From: Perkinsus olseni
Lineage: Eukaryota
NCBI GenBank assembly: GCA_013115125.1
Contig: JABANN010000046.1
Span: 1 to 64,000, forward strand
DNA: 64,000 bases
Direction of reading: 5' to 3'
Shown: positions 12,401 through 24,506 of the stretch, piece by piece
How positions within the stretch are numbered: the first letter of the stretch is position 1
Layout: each line of letters opens with the position of its first letter
Translations under genes and position numbers: made by a program
Notes under the pieces: model-generated
What the model saw: only the letters and a program-made list of their open reading frames with translations
The model's database searches: none
What the model was told of the DNA's origin: nothing

Positions 12401-12728
12401 AGGGACTCTGAAGGATGACGTATGATACCACATTTTCACCAACTTTGACGGTGAGGATTAATTCCATCAGTAGTGAAAGGGTGATTAGGAACCATACGAA
12501 CTCATACTGCAAAGATGGTCCCTTTTACACGTTAAAAATAACGTCATTTTGGGTGAAGAAGAGGACGTTCACTCTTAGAGGAAACCCGCCACACACAGCA
12601 GACTACACCACACCTCAGTGTGAGCGCTCACGATAACGACTGAGCCCAATACAGGTTGCGCTGACACTGCCACCTCGCTACTTGCAAGATTGCGCGGCTA
12701 AGGCCTATGGGTATAACTACCAGTGCCT

Positions 12729-13037
12729 TCATGCAGACTCTGATTCGGGTTCAACTAACACTGACCCCATCGCTATCACTACTCTAGTGGATAGCCTACC
12801 AGCCTCCTTACCCAAGTCCTTAGCCTTGGACGGCGACCCCTTCCCCCGTCTGCCCTTCAAATCATCAGCTCGGTCCAAATCCTCGTATTGAACTGAGTCT
12901 ACCGACGCTCCCAGGAGGCTGGCCACTGGTGAAAGAAGACAGTATCTTTTTACTCGTGGCCGACCATAGTTACCTTGCCCTAGCTCCGCCTCTAGATCCG
13001 CTATCTGCTGCTCGAGGTCAGGGATCGATACTGCCAT
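12729..13037 (-). CDS. Small hypothetical coiled-coil protein (probably two introns)
   Basis: MAVSIPDLEQQIADLEAELGQ followed by gtaact...accag and gtaagg... introns. Confidence 0.45.
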   Translation of the reverse strand: MAVSIPDLEQQIADLEAELGQGNYGRPRVKRYCLLSPVASLLGASVDSVQYEDLDRADDLKGRRGKGSPSKAKDLGKEAGRLSTRVVIAMGSVLVEPESESA

Positions 13038-13169
13038 TCCACGTAGGACAGTGGGAAACTTCGCAAACTGCTAGGCGCTGAGAAAATGTAAGTGATCGCA
13101 AGTGAGCAAGATCCTCGGGGTACGAGTTTGTAATCGTGGAAGAGATCTATGATAACTTTATCGATGATA

Positions 13170-14007
13170 ATGTGGATGCAACTTGTCGATGGTGAGTGGG
13201 AAGCGTATCTTTCGGTCATGCTGGCAATAAGGAGGTTAACCTCTGTCCTCCAAGCTGCAAAAGATACTCATCAGCCCCTCTATTTTCCGCAGGCTACGAG
13301 CCGCCTCCGCGCGCTGCCGAGCGGACCCCATGCCTAGCGGACACCGAGGATATCCGGTCTCTCAGCCCTTCAATAAGTAGTCACGCGCCACGAAATTATG
13401 CTGCAGTCGTGGACAGAATCGCCGTTCCTTCCGAGAGGGGACCCGGCCAGCCCCGGGACCTGTCCTGAGCGCTGGGGGAGATGTCGTTGTGGTTGTGGGT
13501 GTGTGGATGATACCGAAGGTATCTTTGGGCTGCGGCTCGACCTTGCGTGTCATAAGGAGGTTAGATACCGAGATGCTGGAGTATGGTCAACCAGCCCGGG
13601 GCTTGAAGGGGGTGGGTGGGTAAAGGCGTATCTTTTGACGCGAGTGATGCAAGCTTCAACCTCATGATACCATCCAGGTCCCCGAGAACTGTTGGCTGAG
13701 TGGCTTCCTAGAGGCCATGCCCGACTCCAGACGAGAAGCGGCCCTTGCCCTCGGCATCAACAGCATGTGCGTGTGTAACGACGTGGAGACCTGCGGATGT
13801 AAAAACGTAAGGGCTAGTGGTGTGATGTGGGAGGGGAGGGCTTCCTACTTTCGCAGGGCCCCGACCCGTCAGATTGCTGTGGATGCTCTTACTGTGGATC
13901 ATTCGACAAGGGAGCCTTCTGTTGCTGTGGTGATTGCCGAGAATGCCCGCCCGGCCACTGCTGTCCAGGAGACTGTAGAAAGTAATAACTGTGCCTTTCT
14001 AATTTGA
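13170..14007 (+). CDS. Hypothetical multi-exon protein (start uncertain)
   Basis: Alternating GC-rich exon-like blocks and short GT-AG segments, ending ...ETVESNNCAFLI*; no recognisable domain. Confidence 0.35.
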
Positions 14008-14799
14008 AAAGAGGATTTCCGTCGGCTCGTCGTTGGCCTGCATGCCTACCAATAACTGTATGCTCACCTGGGTGAATTTGACCGCTAAAAATAAAACTAA
14101 ATTACCAGAGTAACGATTACAGGGAGGACCCCTTTACACTCGGCAGTTCGTACCGGAAGGGAAAGTTGGAAGCTTGCACGGCGTTGGCTCGAGCCGGTAT
14201 CCTGCAGGTTACGATTAGGAAAATTGTGGCCCATTTACGATCGATTGAAATGATTCGAGTTTTTATGCGCCAAAGCGCCCTCAGTGAAATTAATGGACCT
14301 CTGCATTCATCATGACCGCTGACCGTAGAAGTATCCTTCCACTTAGTCAGTACCGATCTCCGTAGTCCTACGCTCGAAAGGTTTTCATCAACACCGACAC
14401 GCTGATGTCTTCGAACCTATATTCTGATCGGGAGAATAAGACAGCCAATTTGGACGTTTTACTGGCTCCTATCAAGTAGTTTTTTAACCTAATATCAGCC
14501 ACTGAAGGTTGATCTCTCAAGTTGGCAGAGAACGGGAGAGGAAAGGTACGAGTGTGCAGCAGCGACAATAGTTTATTTTTGCTGTGTTGTAATTGCCGTT
14601 GAATAATCGCCGTGACAATAATTGGTGTAATAACGTTTTGGATAAAGCATCAAGACAACCATTTCGCGGTCCTATCATAGCACGCTGCTTCTTTCTCGAG
14701 CAGGTATGAGTGCCCTCTTGGCACATACAATGAAGGACCACCGAACTACTGGTACAATAGACACCAGGCTTTGGGGTATTCAGCGGCGCCCTCTGCGAT

Positions 14800-16240
14800 A
14801 CCTGAAGAGCTTTGCGAGCCCCAGTATCACCCCTACAACCCTGTGAGTGAGTGTCAATGGCCTTACGCTATGGGCTTGGGCTTATGCTATGGTGACAGGT
14901 ATTGGAGGATGCTTATGGTGAGGAGGAGGACACGGGTGGGTTGAAACGGGTGTAGGTGTGTCGGTAGCATAAAATTCGAACCGTAAGCTCCCAGTGTGGT
15001 AGCCGAATTGATGTCTCGTCTGAGCGCAGCAGTACTGTTATAGAAACCCAGTCTTTCGATAAAGTATGTTGCGAATTAGCGGACAGTATATTCAGAGTCC
15101 GATGGGTGTTGCCTTTTGACCGTACGTAGCATATCTAGTCATTAGGTTCCTCAGCAGGCTGCATTGACTCTTCGAGACGCCCTTCCTTTGGGGCCGCGAG
15201 ACTTCCCACTTGCACTATCTTCATTATCACTCAGACTGGGAGACTACAGCAGCCGACCTTTCCCAGTGTCGGCCTTGCCCGAATACTGCCAAGCTTTATC
15301 GCAAAGATATGCGGGGAGCGACTAATGTAGTACATCGAACGGCTTCGGCCGAACCGGGTCGGTTGTGGCGAGAGGGAGGGAGATCCCTGTCACTTGGCTG
15401 GTCCGCTGAGCGCGAAGTGTCAGGTGGATGACTGTCGGCGATGGGAATGCCGAGATGATGATTTTGGAATCTCGCGCGCCCTGCCGGGGGTGCCCAACTG
15501 TCGAGTGGCGTGTGAAAATTTCCGACGGAGCGAAGCTGGAGGGTAGGTCCGGCCTTGTGGAGGGGAGGTAGGGTGGCTCAGGTCTATGAAGGATCCCAAG
15601 GTGGAGGAGATTTATTGCCCAGTCTCTTGTAAGTGCGGGATAAGAATCTTAGGTTGCAGCCTGTACTGGATGGGTTGAGAAGATTCTTGCTCATGCTAGA
15701 GTCGGTCTCAGGTGGTTATTGTGCGGCAAGTCCCTCCCAGCCCACATGCCCTGTGACCATCAAATCAGCGGCAGTTCTTTCGTCAGTGTGGAGCCTAGCA
15801 ATACCAACCATCGCCTTATTCATGCACCTCGGCATGTGAAACTGTCAGTGGATTAACATAGTCATTTCTGGATCTACCCGAAGCATTTGTTCGATAAATT
15901 TGGATGGCGTTGCTTCGGGATTTGGGTAATTGGTTAGGTTGTACGATAGCCGATCCTCCGGGCTCGACGTATCCTCGTGGTGGTCACAAACACGGCACGC
16001 TCTCTTGTAGTCATTCTTGTCAACGCCTAGACTTGCACTCGGAAAGCTCTCCGCGTTCGGTGAGTCAACCGTCAACCGCAGGCAACCGTGTACAATATTT
16101 CCTCACACCTTTGACCTTTTTCGTTTCTCATCTTTGCTGTAACCATTCCGTCCGACTAGGTTCGTCAGCGCTCTTCCAGCAGCTTAGAACTCGGCGAAGT
16201 TGGGATTTCATTCACGATAGAATGATTACGAACCGTGGAT
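14800..16240 (-). mobile_element. Degenerate non-LTR retrotransposon 3' remnant (RNase H-like)
   Basis: Broken frames retain AEF*AAGRAL, TVDS and LMVTGHVGWEG in the order of the RNase H motifs AELxAIxxAL / xSDS / WVPGHxGxxGN. Confidence 0.35.
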
Positions 16241-16307
16241 GACTCGGGTGAAAGTCTCTCTCAGATGACATTCTACATTTCAATGCCTCCTACCTGCAGA
16301 CTCTGAC

Positions 16308-17467
16308 ATGTTCAACGTCGTCGCATCAACGATTCTGGTGCGTGCCATAAGTGAAGCTGCAACGCCGTTGTTTGGAGCTCGTAACAAGACTATCGCCGTG
16401 CCGGTCGATGAAGGCTTTACCTCTGTCATGGTTGACGATCAGGAGGTTGAACTGCTGGTTGATTCTGGGTCGTGGGACCTTATTGTGATTGATGGTCACT
16501 GGTATGAAGAAAAGTTTGGCGAAGGTGCTTGCGGAAAGCCGCACTCCGGCTGCTTTTTCTGTCCCGTCGAGGCACCCTGTGACTTCGGCAAGGAACAAAC
16601 GGTGACAACAACATTCGCAGATGATGTCGTTATTGAACGCATCTTTCGTACTGGCCGACTGGTATTGGCCGGTAATGAAGTTACTCGCTTCGTGTACAGC
16701 ATCGCAAGGTTGACAGGAAATGCCACGGAAAGGTCTGCAAACGGGTATTTTGGCTTAGCATTGCGACCCCCCGGCTCGGAACGGTTTGATTCGCCGCTCT
16801 ATCAGCGGAGCGTTCTCGAGACTCTTTCCCAACGCAACCTCATTGGACGCTTGTCGTACACTACCCGTAGCAATGGAAAACAGGATTCACCTTTCCTTTG
16901 CGGTCAAGTCACGCTGGGTGACACTATAGACGAGTCTGATTTGAGCAACTACATGTTCCCCCAGTGGACTGATGACGGGATACACCATCGAGCCTTCGCC
17001 GCTGTCTCTGTGCTGTCGGTGGAGGTCCTCCATCCGCGACGCGTGGCTCGAGGGAGCCGACCTGCGAAGTCCTTCCAGGACTTCTCTGGCCGCCGAAACC
17101 AGAGCGCGTTTCGGGCGCTAATTGACACGGGCTTCACTGGCTTGAGGAAATCAAGAAAAAGTTGAAAAGAGCATTGAGACGAGCGGGTCACAAAGAGCTG
17201 ATTTGGGGACGAAATGAGCATGGAGTTGCTTATGTTCACGAGGGGGTTCGCCCTTTTCTGCCGGTCTTGAGGCTGCGACTGGGCGGCGGAGGGAATTCTA
17301 TACCCATCAGTATATTCCCCGAGCATTACTGTCTACGCACTGGTCAAGGATACGACGTCATTCTAGCTGGCCATGCTGCTCACGGTGCGCTCGGTACACC
17401 GTTTTTCCGGGCGTTTAGTGTTCACGTTGACTACAGCGCGAATCGGATAGGTCTGCTCAAGGTTTGA
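16308..17467 (+). pseudogene. Intronless secreted pepsin-like aspartic protease with a frameshift near 17145
   Basis: Hydrophobic N-terminus, LLVDSGS and ALIDTG motifs, GYFGL, LGTPFFRAFSVHVDYSANRIGL C-terminus; reading frame changes just after DTGFTGL. Confidence 0.8.
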
Positions 17468-18175
17468 AGCGGCGTCGATGCGAGAATGTGATAGGTATGT
17501 GGATGTGCTTCTGTCCGTTGGATACCGCGTGCAGTTGATGTCGTTCTTTCGGATGTTGCGTTGAAGTTGGGAGAATGACATCAGTAATGAGGTCGTGAGT
17601 GATCTTACGTTCGGGATCAACTCACGACGGCGGTCGAGCAATGAAACTGATCATAGTCGATAGGTCGCACTGTGAGCGTCGTCCGACCTAGAAGGTGAGA
17701 GGACGGCCGGCTCTGTCCGGGGAGCAGGATATGAGACTTGCATTATGAGTGTATCGCCACGACTTTGTGGACGAAATCTTTGAGAGACAGTCAGTCTCGA
17801 TTCTGTCACGTAGCATAGATACAGGAGTAACACCGAAGTTGACGCTTGAGGCGAACAATTCAATATCTTGAGACTACCCGAAGGGCCGCCGATGCCCCAC
17901 TGGTCACCGCCAGGATCTCTGGCGGTTTGCTTAGCGGGTGCAGGCTGGCTTGGTAGTGACAGTAAAATTATGCAGCCACGGCGCCGCTCTCGTCCTCATC
18001 CTCTTGTTGCCTTCTCATGTGCAGTCGTGAGTGCTGTCTACCCGTTTATCTTTATTGACCGTCTTCGCGGGTCAAGGCGCAAGGGAGTCATCGAGCGCTC
18101 CCTCATGATGCTAAATTTTTTGGTGGGACAGACTGTGTCAATTGCTCATCTCCAGCGTCTTCAACTCCTTCCTTA

Positions 18176-21100
18176 ATGTCCCGGATCAACGACAACGGCA
18201 GCGGCATCTCGATAGGTAGCGAAATGTATGGTATTGGAGGATAGTTGGCCATTGTCAGGCTCTGCAGAGAGAGCATCGGTGGTCGGGATGCCGACGGTTT
18301 ACGACGAAGAGGTAAGCGGCGCGATACTCGTGTTGAAGAAAATGAACCTCCGCGAGTCTCGAGACTGGAGTTCGTAGTGATTGATACAATTCAAGTTGGA
18401 GACAATTTCTATACTTGTCCTCTGAGTGAATACGAGTGCCGAAGCTGCTTCTAGATACTCAGAGCGGACAACAACTCGGATATCGAGGTTACGGAAGATA
18501 CTTCGCTCCTTTCCATGGAAGCTCTGCAGCCACATGAACTGCAACAGGAAGCTCTGGTGGGTGGAGCAGAGTCCCTCGACTCTTTCACTCTTCTCATGCT
18601 ACATGTAGGGTCCGCCGGGTACTAGCGTTGAGGAGCTGCAGCGAGGAAGGCAAAGGCGAAGACGGGTCGCAGATACCGCGAATGGGGTAAGAGGTCCCGG
18701 GTTCAAATCCTGGTAAGGGTGTTTCTTTTCAGGGGATGCCATTTACTGAAGAGCTCAGGAGGGAAGAGGGTAACGGCACTTGAGCGGCCGTTTCGAGTCG
18801 GAGATTCCACCTTCAGACCTTCCTGGGCAATGGTCGATGATAACCCACAACAGCGGAGTGCCCCCTCGGGCGAGGAGCCTTCATGTCAGCGTGGTGGTAG
18901 ACGATTCGATGTAAGGTCTCCTCGCTTACTGCAGTCTGTAACGATGCAACATGACGCGAAAACGAGGCCACTGTACCACGCGGCAGCCCGCACGTGCTTC
19001 GTGACTGCATTGATCGCTCGAATGCCGTTTCTCGCGGCTCGTGGCATATCAGTGGATAATCAGTACTGCAATTCATTTTTATAATGTAATAGTTCGTTGA
19101 CTGCCGCTGTTACGCCACGGCATGGTGGCCTCGGTTTAATTTGATAGGAGGATAGCTAGACCGTCGTTCTCGAGGCATTTCGTGTTGGATAGTTGCAGAT
19201 TTCATCGTCCGATTGTACTTCTTATGAAGGTACGTCTTTGGTGGCTACGACGGCAGCAATCGTGTGAATGATTTTTATAAGTAACCACCTCGACCTCAAG
19301 ATATGTCCTCATTCTCTACTCGTAGGTACCACTTCCCTACTAAGGCCTGGTCGACCGTCTCGTAAGTCACTATTCGGGGTCTCCCTCATCACCCTAACCA
19401 TGTCCACTCGGCATTCTGGGCCGTGCGCAAGGCACCCAAGCATCTCTGCACGAATACATTGAAAATTCTTGATCAGAAATCGTGATTTATTTCTTTCGAA
19501 CTTTTCAATACCGCGAAGACATTCCCAGTGTGAATCACCTCTAGGAACGACAGAGCATCATCAAAGGCGTCGTGCACAGTATAAGCATTGCGATACTCGA
19601 TGCCCAGGACATCATTGCATCATCTGTTAATCAGAAATCGTGATTAATCCCTTCTAAATCTCTATTACCGCGGAGACACTTCCAGTGTGAATCAGCTCTC
19701 ATAAGGCAGAGTGTCATCAAAGGCCTCGTGCCGAGTATAAGCATTGCGATACTCGCTGTCTACGACACATCGGAGCTCTCCTGGAATATCCCGCATCCTC
19801 ATGCAGGCGCCGAATGCTGCTATGGGCGCTCTACCAAATCTCTGCCCAGCTGTGGCCATAGTCCACCTCCTCCTCCTTCCTCAGCTACTACTCTCCTCGA
19901 CCGTCAGCGCGAGATCGTCATGTGGCTGTGGCTTATCGGGGGAATATATACATTTTCGGCGGCTACGACGGTTCTACAAGGTCAGCGGCAATCTCGCTCA
20001 CCAACTCGACCATGCCACTTCATCAGGGTGAACGACTTCTGGCTGTATGACACGCAAGCCCAGTCCTGGGCGCTGGTTGCTCACGCGGTAATTGGGTCTT
20101 CGTCTATTCTCCCCTTCAACTATGACATCTCATGCGACGCCCCGGTGTTGATACTCCGATACTCTCGCTATGTGTCTTGTCATCTTTCTCACAGGATGGG
20201 AAGGTGTTTTTAGAGTTTATCAAACGGGCTTTGAATGCGGTAGCTGATCGTCTCATGGAATTTTCGCTTACTTTTCCTATGAAGAGAAGATGTGGATCAT
20301 ATTTTGGAATTTAGGAATTTGTGCATTTTAATGTTTCCGTTCTCACTGAGAAAGTAGGAGCCCAGAATTCTATACCCGGCAATTACTCTCTTCTTGTTAC
20401 ACATGTCATTTTCGTTGCTTCAGGGCCAGGTTCCGAGTGCACGGCACAGCCACAGCGCGGTGGAGTATAACGGATCGATGTAAGATTCGCTGTTTCCCTC
20501 TCACTTGTCACAAATGAGTGCTGATTATTATTCAATGGAACTCATTCATAGCGAATCACTCCGATAAGTAGAAGCACGCTAACTATTTCTGAAATTACAT
20601 TACTGGGATATGACCTTCATGCTGAGCAAATAAACTATAATCTGTTTTTGGAGGGTCATCTGTTGATAGCCACACATAAGCTGCCGTGGATATTCTATGT
20701 AAATCGTCCTCTTGCAAGTTGCAAGTTGCAGGCCTTTGAATGGGTTGAGAATGTGCAGTGATTTTCACGCCTCGCCCCGCTAGGTATGTCTTTGGTGGTT
20801 ATGACGGGAACTATCGTAATGACTTTCATGCGTTCAACTTCGTCGCTGAGAAGTGGAGCCCTGTGGAGGTGAGTCGAAGGCCTTGGTGTTAGGGAATCCT
20901 TTCTTCCCTGCGGGCGATGCCCATACGTTTTGATGCGTCATCTGTCGCAGGTCAACAACGCTGGTGGCTCTGGGCCGAGGGCACGATACCGTGAGGGAGG
21001 ATCGAACCTTCGCGTGTTGCCATGCTGTTTTCTTTGCCAGGGACCTCAGCGGTGGTTCACAAGGACAGTATGTTGGTCTTCGGTGGCCATGATGGATCGA

Positions 21101-23338
21101 AGCATCTCAATGATTTCTACATGTTCGACTTCTTCACCAGTACATGGGCCCTAGTGGAACCTAGTCTGTCCTCTAAGGTAGGGCAAGGAGCTAGCGCTGA
21201 CTTCCACTTTGCATCGCACTTCGCTTTTGAGGCCTCCGGTCGTATGCGGAGTGGTGTCATGGGCGTGACATGAGAAAGCGATCATAGTGTATTCGAGGAG
21301 TGTGAATTTCGACGGAAAAATTTGGGAGAGTTTGTATTACTCGGAAAATTTGTAGAGGTAGACTCGGGCCAGCTCAGAGTGCTTGCTGATTGATGTAGAA
21401 ATCTACGAGTTCTACTGGCCGCTTTCTTCAGGTGCCCCCACCGACCCCTCGAGACTCTCATATTGCCGCTGTCTACGGTGACAGCATGTAGGGTGGGGAG
21501 AGTCTCTGCTGGATGGGACGGCGGTGTTGTAGGTACGTCTTTGGTGGTAGCACGGGCACTGCACGCAACGACTTGTATGAGTTCAACCTTATTACTGGGG
21601 GATGGAACGAGCTCAGGCGGACGTCTGGTGAGACCATCATTCGGTTGAGGCCTCGGGAGAGGGCCTCGAGCGTGACGCAGTCGACGTGTGAGGCACAGAA
21701 TGCTGTATTCTAAAGGCATCTACTACATCTTGTGTGCTTTCATATCTTTACTGTACTTTAGATCTCACGTCTCTCGGTTTCATCGTGAAACGGTTGCAGA
21801 CCCCTCCCAAGCAATACCTGTATGCATCCTGAGTGTATATAAAAGTTTTAAGTCCCTTGCACAACCAGTTCCCCTCCCTAGATGTCCCGTACGGTACGCA
21901 TGGCCAGCTTGAAGGATCGATTTTTTTTGTTTTCGTGAATAGCTTGGAGATCGATCGGTGGTGGTAACAATCCCGACGGCCCGGCTGGTGGCGAGGATGG
22001 CATGGTTGACCACGGCGAAGTGAGGCCTTGCCCGAGGTACCTTCGCTTCGGCTACACCTCGTAACTCTGCACGCCATCTCTAGGTTCTGCCACACCGGAG
22101 TTGTCTATCGCGGTGCTCTGTGCGTGTTCGGCGGGTATGATGGACAGAATCGACTGAATGATTTCCGAAGATACACGCTGGGCTCGGAAGTAGCTGAGCT
22201 GCGGGGGTGCTTTGAGAAAAAACCTCATTATAGAACTAATGCCTTGAATTCATCAGAAAAATCACATCGATACTTGCTCACACTCAACGTTCGCACTCTG
22301 TCCCGTTTTTTATTCTTGAGAAAATCTGATGTAAAAAATCGGAAAACTCTGTAATTTTTCTGCAAAATCCCCGCGCTGTGTATTTTTGCCACACCGCGTG
22401 GCGTATCTTAGGTTAACGTTGACATACCCGCATCAACCTTGCTGGAAGATCTCCGAGGTATGGTCGATGATCCGACATGGTCTGATGTGGTCTTCGAAGT
22501 TGAGGGAAAGAAGTTAGGAAATATACCGCATGCAGTTTCCATACCAACTTTCCCCTAAATCAGGTGTACGCACACAAGATGATGTGCGTCAGATGTCCGT
22601 ACTTCCAGTGAGTCCCTCCATTCCGATCAGCGGTCCAGCCCAATCCTCAGAGCGATGTTCTCGCCTGCGATGAATATGAAGGAAGCCAGCATGCCGATGA
22701 CCGAGTGTATCCCGATACAGGGAGGAGTCGCCCATAGGGCCTTCAAAGGGGTGCTGGAGTTCCTCTACACTGATGAAGTGCACGAGGTCAGTGTGTGGGT
22801 TCACAGTCCAACGCCGATTACAGCTTAGTGAGGCGAGGCCAGTGCTAATAGAAGGCGCACTAGATTAAAGAAGCGTGTGAAGATGTGAACTGAATTCTTC
22901 GTTTGATGAACGGATGTTAAAGCAAAGAAGGTGCACAACCTGAACCGCTAATTGAACTTAGTTAACTGTGGACTCTGCGATGGACCTCTTCGTCACGGCG
23001 GACCAATTCGGAATTGATAGACTGAAGAAGATCTGTGAGAAAGAGATTCTCCAGAGTATCAACATCGACAACGCCCCTACTATAATGCAAGTGAGGCGAT
23101 GATAGCGATGATGCTCGTCTGCATCGCTCCGCCTTTTTCAGGCAGCAGATATGCACGCGGCTAGCGGATTGCGGAAGCGTTGCCTGGACTTCATCTTACG
23201 CAATTTCGATGCCATTAGTAGCACGTCGGCGTCATCTGTCGTTGAGTGAATTTACTGTTGTCAGGTAAAACAGCGGCATTTGAAGAGATGGGCCGGAACA
23301 ATGTAGAGCTGTTATTAGAGATACTACGCATGCGATGA
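18176..23338 (+). CDS. Kelch-repeat + BTB(-BACK) protein, LZTR1-like; many exons, start tentative
   Basis: Kelch blades PRARSLH...YVFGGYDGSNRVNDFY, ARDRH...IFGGYDG, ARHSH, ARYR|TS...VFGGHDG, PRDSH, RFCHT...VFGGYDGQNRLNDF; BTB WSDVVFEVEGK|VYAHK...LEFLYTD...ADQFGIDRLKKICE. Confidence 0.9.
19458..19771 (+). repeat. Two diverged tandem copies of a ~157-bp unit inside a Kelch-BTB intron
   Basis: Shared blocks ATCAGAAATCGTGATT, TACCGCG, CCAGTGTGAATCA, TCATCAAAGGC, AGTATAAGCATTGCGATACTCG. Confidence 0.85.
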
Positions 23339-23812
23339 TTTTACGATTTATTAGCTACCTTCCACCGAGCGGGAAGAATTGCGTTGAACCTCACAGCATG
23401 AGTGCACATCTTCAACAGTAATCTAAATTGGTAAACCTCTCTGGTTAGTAAGTATGGATTTGTTGGACCTTGTATGCTGAAAATTGTGAACGACAGCCGA
23501 GCGGGGGAGTATTTCGATACTGGCAATCCCTACCATTGACCGTAAACGTACCTGCACCTTGACCGCCCGACTAGCACTAGGACAGAGTACTGTATTCCCC
23601 CGAAACTCCATTAGCATGCAACTCCGTCGAAATAAGATTATTGGAGTTGAAACAATAAGATCAGCGGATGGAAGAATAGTCCCGATTTATCCCGATTTAC
23701 AACACTTGAAACTCAAGAGAAGAAAGTCCTCGAGATGACCTCCAGCCAAAGTGCTCTGCGGCGAACCGTGTAGTAAGCAATGGAAAGTGCTCCTTATCAT
23801 CCTGGTACCAAC

Positions 23813-24347
23813 TTAGGCGGTGAGGACGCAGACGCCACCGACGGCCTGGATCTTCTCCTCAGCCTTCTTCGAGAAGTAACGAGCCTTCACGATGACGGGC
23901 TGCTTGGGGAGGTTACCCTTGCCGAGGACCTTGAAGTAGCCGGCCTTAGTGCAGTCGATTACGGGGGCCTTGTCCTTCTTGTCGGCGTACTGGAGACGGG
24001 TCTGCTCGGAAACGAGGGTCCACAGCTTCTCAACGTTAACTTCGGGGCGGTAGAACCTGAAATCAATACCATCAAACTCAGAGAGAAATCATCCCGAGCG
24101 CCACTCGCGAGTATCCAAGGTCGACTCTTGCTCTTCCCGAATATTACTTGTTCTTCTGGAGATGGAAGTAACGCATACCGACCTTACCGAAGTAACCGGG
24201 ATGGTACTTATCGAAGTTGATACGATGATGATGCTGACCACCGGCGTTACCGTGTCCACCGGGATGCTTACGGTGCTTGCCGATACGGCCGTGACCGTGG
24301 GACACGTTTCCTCTATGCTTACGGGTCTTCTTAAGGCAGGCAGTCAT
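23813..24347 (-). CDS. RPL27A: 60S ribosomal protein L27a (uL15); exons 24347-24148 and 24056-23813
   Basis: [31 protein letters not shown]...[18 protein letters not shown]...GYFKVLGKG...[24 protein letters not shown]; spliced length 444 nt. Confidence 0.98.
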
Positions 24348-24506
24348 CTTCAGTCGAGACGCACTTAACCGAGGGCTCGGACTCACCTTCCTCACGCCAA
24401 ATCGATCAGGCTATATTTTGGTCACGTTGAGGAAATGCAAGATTGAGGCAAGACTGCAAGATTTTTTCTCGGGAGTCGGGTCTGGACCCTCAGCACAGTA
24501 CTCTGA

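Noticed and set aside
23780-24220. 146-aa plus-strand ORF, and many similar antisense ORFs over real genes
   Set aside because: Shadow of RPL27A codon usage on the opposite strand
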